A stretch of DNA of 64,000 nucleotides from contig OZ253555.1 of the NCBI GenBank assembly GCA_965262725.1, positions 672,001 to 736,000 on the forward strand, in the 5' to 3' direction. The DNA comes from Dehalococcoidia bacterium. GTDB lineage: Bacteria > Chloroflexota > Dehalococcoidia > UBA2979. Every line of letters begins with the position of its first letter. The stretch's first letter is position 1. The notes below the pieces were generated by a model, which searched no databases, was not told where the DNA came from, and was given only the letters and a program-made list of their open reading frames with translations. Positions 57,767 to 64,000 of this stretch are shown here, piece by piece. A program made the translations under genes and the position numbers.

Positions 57767-59343
57767 CGTGGTGCTCCTGTCGGGGTCTGCGTGCGGGACT
57801 GTGCGAAGACGGAGCCCGAGTGGGCGAAGCGCCCCGGAGGCGGCGGCAGCTCGGGCTGGTCTGGGGTGCTCTCCTGGTCGAGGGCCTCGACGAGGATGCG
57901 CTCGAGGCGGCGCACGTCGATGAGGTCGACCTCGAGCGCGCGGCGGCAGGCGGCGTCGAGGCGGGCGGGGGAGTAGCGCTCGGCGAGGCGGAGCAGCTTG
58001 TGGCCCTGCCGGAGCTTCGCCCAGGGCAGGGAGCCCTCGAAGAGACGCTCGGCGTAGGCGCCCACGGCCTCCCCCAGCTCGGCGGCGCGGCGCTGTATCC
58101 AGTCGGGCGCCCGCCTGGTGTAGGGGGTGAGCTCGGCCGGGTAGTCGTTCGGGTCGGTGGCGCGGCCGCCCCGGCGCTGGCGCGGGTGGACCTTGATGAG
58201 CTGACCGCGGTGGTAGATGCGCACCAGCTTCGAGCCGAGCTGCACCTCGACCTTCTGGCGGGGCGGGCAGGCCGTGGACGGCACCGAGTACAGCGCGTAC
58301 TGGCAGGCGATGTGGTGGTCGGGATGGACCGTGGCGGTCCGCCAGTCGGGGACCTCGTAGGGCTCGCCGTCCCAGGGAGCGAGGAGAGGGAGCTCCTCCT
58401 CCCGGAAGACCTCGAGCGGCCGGCGGCGGGTCGTGCCGTGGATGCGCTGTCCCGCCACCTCCAGGCACCAGCTGCGGGCGGCGGAGCGCAGGTCGACGAC
58501 GTCCCGGAAGTCGCCGCCCTTGAAGAGGCGCTCGCGCACGTAGGGGATGCTGCGCTCGACGCGCGGCTTGTCGCGGGGATGACGCACGCGCGCGGGGTCG
58601 GTGATGAAGCCGCGGTGGCGGGCGTACTCGAGGAAGCCCCGCGTGAAGCGCGGGTGCAGCGCGTCGGCCCCGGCGACGGCGGCCGGGAAGTTATCGATGA
58701 CGAGGTAGCGGGGCACTCCCCCGAAGAAGGCCCAGGCCTCCTCCAGGCCCTCGATCACAGCGTCCAGCTTCTGGCTGGTGGTGGGCCACACAAAGCAGTG
58801 GCGGGAGTAGCGCCAGACGACGACCAGCGCCCACACCGCGCGCCGACGGCCGCTCTCGGGGTCCCGGATGAAGCCGAGGCGGCCGAAGTCCATCTCCGCC
58901 ACCTCGCCCGGCGGCCCGTCGTCCATGCGCACGGTCGACGGCAGCCGGTGGCGCCAGCCGCGGCGCCGGATGAAACGCCGCAGCGTGGTGTAGGAGACCT
59001 CGCAGCCTCGTCCGGCGAGGAGCTCCTGGATGCGCGTCAGTTGCAGGCGGTCGGTCTCAAGCCAGCGCTCGATCTGCTCCGCCCAGGGCGAGAGCAGCTC
59101 TTCGCTCGGCGCCTCGACCTGCCGCGGGCCGGAGAGGCTCAGCGTCGCCAGCGCGGCGAGCTGCTCCTCACTCGGCTCGGGACCGTCAGGTGTGAGGCCG
59201 GCCGCTTCGGCCGCGTCGATGTAGCGGCGGACCGTCTGACGCGACAACCCCATCCCGCTGGCGATGCGGCGCTGGCTGAGCCCCGCCTGCCAGCGACGAA
59301 TGATCTCCTGGATCTCCACCCCGTGTACCTCCCGGTAGGCCAT
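57763..59343 (-). CDS. istA: IS21 transposase IstA
   Basis: AEMDFG, VIDN, PRDKPRVE, YSVP. Confidence 0.95.
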   Translation of the reverse strand: MAYREVHGVEIQEIIRRWQAGLSQRRIASGMGLSRQTVRRYIDAAEAAGLTPDGPEPSEEQLAALATLSLSGPRQVEAPSEELLSPWAEQIERWLETDRLQLTRIQELLAGRGCEVSYTTLRRFIRRRGWRHRLPSTVRMDDGPPGEVAEMDFGRLGFIRDPESGRRRAVWALVVVWRYSRHCFVWPTTSQKLDAVIEGLEEAWAFFGGVPRYLVIDNFPAAVAGADALHPRFTRGFLEYARHRGFITDPARVRHPRDKPRVERSIPYVRERLFKGGDFRDVVDLRSAARSWCLEVAGQRIHGTTRRRPLEVFREEELPLLAPWDGEPYEVPDWRTATVHPDHHIACQYALYSVPSTACPPRQKVEVQLGSKLVRIYHRGQLIKVHPRQRRGGRATDPNDYPAELTPYTRRAPDWIQRRAAELGEAVGAYAERLFEGSLPWAKLRQGHKLLRLAERYSPARLDAACRRALEVDLIDVRRLERILVEALDQESTPDQPELPPPPGRFAHSGSVFAQSRTQTPTGAPR

Positions 59344-59835
59344 CGCTGCTCCCTCCGCTGGGGATGCAGGCGATGGTGGCCGTACCGGCGGCCCGAGTGG
59401 TCAGACCCCCCGGAGGGGTGGCTCAATGACCTTGGCGAAGTGGCACATAGACCCTGGCGATCTCGCCGTTTGCTGGTCTATAGATCCTGGCGATTCACAC
59501 CCCCGGATCGCGGGAGCCACGCTCTACTCCCACGCGCCGCACGCACGCTTCACTTCCCACGTGTCACACGAGCACGTATCCGATGTGTTCGGAAATCCTG
59601 CTCCACGTTGAGCGTTGCCGAGAGGTCGACGGACGTGTCGATCGCGATGTGGTGGCGCTCGACCTCTCCGGCACGCTCGAGGAGGTGCTGGGGCGCGTCG
59701 GCTACGTCGCCGAGAGGGTGCGGGCCCTGTGGAATGAGGCGATTCGCTCGAGCCGCGTCGCGTAGCGCGGCGGGTTGGGGGCAGGCACCCGCTTGCGTGG
59801 AGGCAGTCGTCACACCGGAGAGCTTATGGTGACCC

Positions 59836-60564
59836 CTACCGCGACCGTCGGAGAGAGAGATCGGCAACGACGCCGAAGTGATCTGAGAGCTCCCGCTCCT
59901 CGAGCATATTACTGATCACGTACACGTGCTCGACCGTCAGATCCTCGCTGAGCGCGATGTGGTCGATGCTCTTGCGGTCATTGTGGGTAACCGGACCGGT
60001 CGCGATCGTGATATCCGAGGAGAAGCACTCGCGGAGCGCCGACCTGGTCCTGGCCGGCGCTCGGCCGCCCGGACCGACGACCTGATTGAAGTCGCCCATC
60101 ACGATGAGGCGCTCTGAAGTCCCCCGCCTCAGGATCGCCGTGAGACCGGCCACGTACCGCTCGTGGTCCTCCCACCGCCGCTTGCGCCCCGGCCCGCGGC
60201 GCTCCTCGGTCCGCGACCCGAACCAGGGGATGCAGACCCCGATCACGGTGACGGGTCCCAGTGATGTCCGGGTGATGCCGGACACGTACCGCCCGGGCGG
60301 CATCGAGGTGAGGCCCGCGTCGTCGACGTGCTCCCACGGCTCCCGGGACCAGAGCATGACTTTCCGGCGGTGCTCCCGGATCGGGTAGCCGTAGTCGGGC
60401 CCTGAGCGGGCGACGCATCCGTCTGGAGCAAGCAGCTCGTCATGGGTCTCGGTGAGGCAGAGCACCTCGGGATCCCAGCCGGCAATGCGGCGCAGGATCT
60501 CCGGCGTTCGCCGCGATCTGGGAGTCGCCCACCTGACATTCCACGTCGCCACCCTCAGCTGCAC
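59836..60564 (-). CDS. Endonuclease/exonuclease/phosphatase family protein
   Basis: ATWNV, LTET, MGDFN, IDHI, SDH; AAGGAG RBS. Confidence 0.85.
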   Translation of the reverse strand: MQLRVATWNVRWATPRSRRTPEILRRIAGWDPEVLCLTETHDELLAPDGCVARSGPDYGYPIREHRRKVMLWSREPWEHVDDAGLTSMPPGRYVSGITRTSLGPVTVIGVCIPWFGSRTEERRGPGRKRRWEDHERYVAGLTAILRRGTSERLIVMGDFNQVVGPGGRAPARTRSALRECFSSDITIATGPVTHNDRKSIDHIALSEDLTVEHVYVISNMLEERELSDHFGVVADLSLRRSR

Positions 60565-60581
60565 GCTCGACTCCTTCGGGT

Positions 60582-61700
60582 GTGCGCCTTGAAGTTGAAG
60601 GACGGTGCAGGATGACCTGACCAGTCTGGAGACGTGCTCGTTGTCGCCAACCGGTGCAAGTCCGGTCCGGGTAACTATCAGGAGGCTCGGTAGCAGGTCG
60701 GCGGCTTGGTCTGGAAACGGACCGGGTCGGAGCCCGACGTCGAAAGCCCTTTCAGGGGAAGCAAACACACGGTCCGCAGCATAAAGCGAAGCCTGCCGCG
60801 TCGTAAGAGTCCCCGCCATTGGCGGGAAAGAGGAAGAGCCGAGCCCCGACCCTCAGGGCGAAGGCCATGGAAGAGATGAAGACCTGGAATCGCAATCTCG
60901 AAGAACTTCCCGGCGTAAGGGGCGTGGAACGTGTGGAAGGTGACAACGGGAACAAGGGAGGCCCTCCCCGGCCCGGTACCTGCGGAATGGTGTCGGAGTG
61001 AGGCGTCCTATAACCGGTGATGAGCCGGGAAGTGGGCGACCTGCCGGGAGGGAGTCGGAGGCGGCCATATTACCGACTGAGCCGAGCGGACAACAGAACC
61101 GCCGGTGAGGGAAGGGCCGCTACTTCGCCTGTGCGTGTTGCTTGGGGAAGGATCGGTGAGTGCCCGTGGAGGCTAGACCCGCCAAGGAAACGGTCCGAGA
61201 ACTACAGCGCACGCTCTACCGGGCGGCCAAGGCCGAGCCCGGACGACGTTTTCATGCGCTCTACGACAAGGTCCACCGCAGGGACGTTCTGGAGCGCGGG
61301 TGGGGGCAAGTGCGTCGCAATCGCGGCGCAGCCGGCATCGACGGCATCACCCTTGCCGAGGTCGAACGCTACGGCGTGGACCGACTGCTTGACGAACTGT
61401 CCGTGGAACTGAAGGCGGAGAGCTATCGCGTGCAGCCGAGCCGCCGGGTCTGGATTCCCAAGCCCGGACGGTCGGAGCGACGACCGCTCTCTATCCCGAC
61501 GGTCCACGACCGCATCGTACAGGCAGCGCTGAAGCTGGTGGCGGAGCCGGTCTTTGAGGCCGACTTTCTGCCGTGTAGCTTTGGCTTTCGCCCGAAGCGT
61601 GCGGCGCATGATGCCCTGCAAGTGCTCATTGATGAGACGTGGCGGGGTCGGCGATGGGTGGTGGAGACGGATATCGCCTCGTGTTTCGAGTCGATACCGC
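60582..61700 (+). mobile_element. Group II intron 1, 5' part (outer)
   Basis: GTGCG 5' end at 60582, ~580-nt leader, then RT ORF. Confidence 0.8.
61160..61700 (+). pseudogene. ltrA: Group II intron reverse transcriptase/maturase N-terminal part, interrupted by intron 2
   Basis: LYDKV, GAAGIDG, IPK..RPL.IP..DRIVQ, SFGFRP, DIASCFESIP, followed immediately by GTGCG. Confidence 0.85.
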
Positions 61701-62422
61701 GTGCGTCCGGAAGTCGAAGGGGTGGTGACGTGATGACGTGACCGGTCCGGAGACATGCTCGTTGCTGCCAGCCGGTGAGAGTCCGGCACGGGTAACTGTC
61801 AGGAGGCCCGTTAGCAGGTCGGCGGCGTGGACGGGAAACGGTCTGCGTCGAAGCCCGACGTCAAGAGCCCTATGAGGGGGAGCAAACGTGCGGTCCGCAG
61901 CATGACGCGAAGTCTGCCGCGCCGTGAGACTCGCCTGTCTATTGACAGGACCAAGGAGGAGCCGAGCCCGGGTGGTCAGGGCGAAGGCCATGGACGAGGT
62001 GAAGATCCTGGAATGCAGCCTCAAGAAACCTCCCGGCGTATGGGACGTGGAACGTACGGAAGGTAGCGACGGGAACCGGAGAAGCCCTCCCCGGCCCGGC
62101 ACCCTGTGAGAGGGCGTCGGAGCGAGGCGTCCTATAACCGGTCAGAGCCGGGAAGTGGACAGCCAGCCGGAAGGGTGGCGGAGGGGGTCGTAGTACCGCT
62201 GGAGCCGGACGGACAACATAACCGCCGGTGATGGGAAGGACCCCTACTTTGTCCGTGCATGTTGCTGGGGGTGTGGACTGGTGAGTGCCCCTCGGGGCTA
62301 GCAACCACTTGGTAGGGTTCGAGGCTCTCCGCACATGCTGTACCGGCTGGCCAAGGCACGACCCACGTTGTGGGGAGCGCTGCATGCCATCTGGTGAAGG
62401 GCATCGGTGAGCCGGATGAGGG
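61701..62422 (+). mobile_element. Group II intron 2, ORF-deleted, inserted in the intron 1 RT gene
   Basis: GTGCG at 61701; RNA colinear with the intron 1 leader; only an RT stub (LYRLAKA) before the domain-V start GAGCCGGATGAGGG. Confidence 0.8.
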
Positions 62423-64000
62423 GTGCGCCAAGCTAACTGGTGTTTGGACAGGGGGTGAAAGTCCGCCGCGGTGAAGGGGCTAGCCACCCTACACCGCTCC
62501 CCGAGCCGTGCGTGGGTCGCTGCGAGGCGGCACGCGAAGCGTCGGTAGGGGTACATGTGGGCAAGGCTATAGAGCGCCGAAAGTGGCATCGTTCGGAGTG
62601 CCGAGGCTTTCTCGCAGGTCGAAGGCAACAGCGGCGGCGGCGTTTTTTTTTGGCGAGCCGTCGCCGTCTCCGCGGCGTCTAAGAACCATTGCACGCATGC
62701 ACGTCCATCACCGGGACTTGGGAGAGCTGCGCGCCGCCCCGGCGAGTCGTACGTCGGGGCCGCGTCGGGAAGGGAGGCAACCGTAGCCGATGATGAACGA
62801 CGCGCAGCAGTCTGATGGGGCCGTACGAGCGATGAAGGCGGCGAACAAAGGGGCGCGAGCCCTGGCGGAGTCGCTGGAGCAAAGGGCCCCAGCCGAGAGG
62901 AATCGGCGACGCTCCGGCACAGTCCGGTCTCAGAATCGGGGAGCTGTGTCACCCGGAGCGGAGCGGATACGGCAGCTCGCAGAGAAGAAGCCGGGAGAGA
63001 AACTCATCGCGCTCCTGCACCACATCACGCCGGAAACACTCAAGGAGGCGTACCACGCTTTGAAGCGGGACGCGGCTCCGGGCGTGGACGGGGTGACGTG
63101 GCGGGAGTACGGGGACGGGCTGGAAGAGCGACTGCTCGACCTGCACGGCCGCGTGCACCGGGGAGCGTATCGGGCGAAGCCCGTGCGGCGGGTAGAGATA
63201 CCAAAGCCGGACGGGGGCATACGACTGCTCGGTATCGTCACGCTGGAGGACAAGATCGTTCAGCGGGCAGTGGTGGACAATCTCTTGAATCCGATATTCG
63301 AGTCGGAGTTCTGCGGCTTCTCGTATGGCTTCAGGCCGGGGCGCTCGGCGCATGACGCGCTGGACGCCCTGGCCTACGCGGTCGAACGGCGCAAGGTCAG
63401 TTGGGTTGTCGAGGTGGACATCCGGCAGTTCTTCGACAGCATCGACCGGGAGCGGCTGATGTCGTTTCTGGAGATGCGCATCGGGGACCGGCGGGTGCTG
63501 CGCCTGATACGAAAGTGGCTGAACGCCGGCGTCATGGACGCGGAGACGGAAGTCGACTTTGTGCGGGGGACGCCGCAGGGAGCGCCGATATCGCCGCTGC
63601 TTGCGAACGTGTACCTGCATAACGTGCTCGACGACTGGTTCGCGCGTGTGTGGCGACCGCAGGAGGCCCAGGGCGAGGCGTACATCGTGCGGTATGCCGA
63701 TGACTTCATCCTGGGGTTTCAGCATCGCAGCGATGCGATGCGGTTCATGGAGGCACTCCGGGAGCGGTTCGCGGCCTACGGGCTAGAACTGCACCCGGAG
63801 AAAACCCGCCTGCTGTCGTTCGGTAGGTTCGCAGCGGCGAACAGGCGGCAGCATGGGGAGGGGCGACCGGAGACGTTCGACTTCCTCGGCATGACGCACT
63901 ACTGCCGGACGATGCAGAACGGGCGATTCGGGTTGGGGCGTAAGCCCTCAGCGAAGCGTATGCACCGCACGCTCAAGGCCATTAGGGCCGAGTTGCGGCG
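62423..64000 (+). mobile_element. Group II intron 3 (different lineage), inserted in domain V of intron 2; runs off the window
   Basis: GTGCG at 62423 directly after GAGCCGGATGAGGG; distinct leader sequence and RT. Confidence 0.85.
62790..64000 (+). CDS. ltrA: Group II intron reverse transcriptase/maturase (3' end outside window)
   Basis: ALLHHI, AAPGVDG, EDKIVQ, GTPQGA.ISPLLANVYL, RYADDF, FDFLG; frame open to the window end. Confidence 0.95.
   Translation, partial: MMNDAQQSDGAVRAMKAANKGARALAESLEQRAPAERNRRRSGTVRSQNRGAVSPGAERIRQLAEKKPGEKLIALLHHITPETLKEAYHALKRDAAPGVDGVTWREYGDGLEERLLDLHGRVHRGAYRAKPVRRVEIPKPDGGIRLLGIVTLEDKIVQRAVVDNLLNPIFESEFCGFSYGFRPGRSAHDALDALAYAVERRKVSWVVEVDIRQFFDSIDRERLMSFLEMRIGDRRVLRLIRKWLNAGVMDAETEVDFVRGTPQGAPISPLLANVYLHNVLDDWFARVWRPQEAQGEAYIVRYADDFILGFQHRSDAMRFMEALRERFAAYGLELHPEKTRLLSFGRFAAANRRQHGEGRPETFDFLGMTHYCRTMQNGRFGLGRKPSAKRMHRTLKAIRAELR

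Larger units (their letters stand above)
56897..59499 (-). mobile_element. Second IS21 family element, no target duplication
   Basis: IRs TGTCGATCGCCAGG / CCTGGCGATTCACA with internal repeats; flanks CAGGTT versus CCCCCG. Confidence 0.85.

Noticed and set aside
59500-59765. Gene fragment right of the second IS21
   Set aside because: Possibly a truncated CDS, but no family was recognisable.
60582-64000. Retron, DGR or defence-associated reverse transcriptase
   Set aside because: The RTs have group II maturase motifs and GTGCG-bounded intron RNA; no template/variable repeat pair or msr-msd was seen.

Overview
High-GC (~70%) accessory region, most likely from a Chloroflexota (Dehalococcoidia-like) bacterium. 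The host is inferred from gene styles such as LuxR-HTH/lipoprotein pairs and LRR, InlB-B and cadherin-like surface proteins, a repertoire often seen in sponge symbionts. The core is an apparently intact conjugation/integration module at 35.3-47.8 kb: VirB6-, VirB8-, VirB2-, PrgI- and VirB4-like genes, a CHC2 primase, a VirD4-like ATPase, a double-domain Replic_Relax protein, an excisionase and a tyrosine integrase. Shuffled, decayed pieces of the same element family surround it: a second primase operon, three LysM/SARP-BTAD activator copies, two A24 prepilin peptidases, and VirD4 and probable helicase fragments. Both element operons are preceded by the same phased 11-bp GGAAC repeat array. Other highlights are an IS110 with definable ends, an IS5, two IS21 and two cargo-carrying IS1595 elements. 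One IS1595 carries an atypical tRNA (Cys-like body, Phe anticodon) behind a LexA-like operator; the other carries a Panacea toxin-antitoxin pair. There is also a 1333-aa HTH-nuclease-STAND candidate defence protein and three group II introns nested inside one another at the right end. The many frameshifts and chimeric junctions may partly be sequencing or assembly artefacts. All family assignments come from motif recognition by eye, not database searches.
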